This document shows, in pieces, positions 63,601 to 64,000 of a stretch of DNA of 64,000 bases. The notes beneath the pieces were generated by a model. That model saw only the letters and a program-made list of their open reading frames with translations. It did no database searches and had not been told where the DNA came from. Both the position numbers and the translations under genes were made by a program. Source of the stretch: Okamejei kenojei (taxonomy: Eukaryota); contig CM069131.1 in assembly GCA_035221665.1 (NCBI GenBank), positions 38,440,001 to 38,504,000 of the forward strand. The letters are read 5' to 3'. Each line of letters starts with the position of its first letter. Position 1 is the first letter of the stretch.

Positions 63601-64000
63601 ATTTGACCAAAGTAATTTATCTGCTTTTCTGCAACTTCCTTCATGCAAAGATTAATTTGAAATAAGTGTCTCAAAATTAGACTAAGGGAAAAAAATGGAT
63701 TAATATTTCGTACATTGATCTGAAATTCCTTTAACTTAAACCGCTTATAATACTGTAAATCAGTTAATGCCTCCACAAAAGTTATCCGGTACAGGACTTC
63801 AGGCCAATATTTCACTTTTGCATGTGTTATATTTTCTTAACTCTACTTTTGTTAATGCTGAGAAAAATTGGAAAATAAATCAGTATAAAGAAAAAATAAT
63901 CAGCTGAAAGGAATTGAAAACTTCCGTTAATCTGTCAAGCAACTTAAAAAATGGTAAGTAATTTAAAGCTACATAAGGAGCACAATTCCTGTTAATACAG

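Noticed and set aside
60023-64000. Upstream slc7a11 exon (RPAATAVISLAFG-like)
   Set aside because: No matching peptide with splice sites found by eye; it is presumably beyond the window end.

Overview
Repeat-rich vertebrate genomic DNA, most likely a cartilaginous fish (skate/ray-like). This is inferred from HE1/V-SINE-type SINEs, CR1/HER1-type LINE tails and Penelope relics. The only host coding sequence I can support is three minus-strand exons (126, 100 and 45 nt) of a cystine/glutamate antiporter gene (slc7a11/xCT-like, matching exons 4-6). I found no further exon, so positions 1-51151 appear to be one very long intron. That intron holds four DIRS1-type tyrosine-recombinase retrotransposons: one partial, two near full length, and one AT-rich copy with a decayed interior but near-perfect ends. 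It also holds a decayed class I (gamma/epsilon-like) endogenous retrovirus and a Gypsy LTR/PBS relic. Across the window there are also two related solo LTRs, CR1, Rex1, Crack-like and Vingi-like LINE fragments, Penelope fragments with hammerhead-ribozyme-like cores, PIF/Harbinger and Tigger MITEs, a Helitron-like end and SINEs. There is a 157-N assembly gap at 38541-38697. All assignments come from reading the sequence and recalling family motifs; no searches were run.
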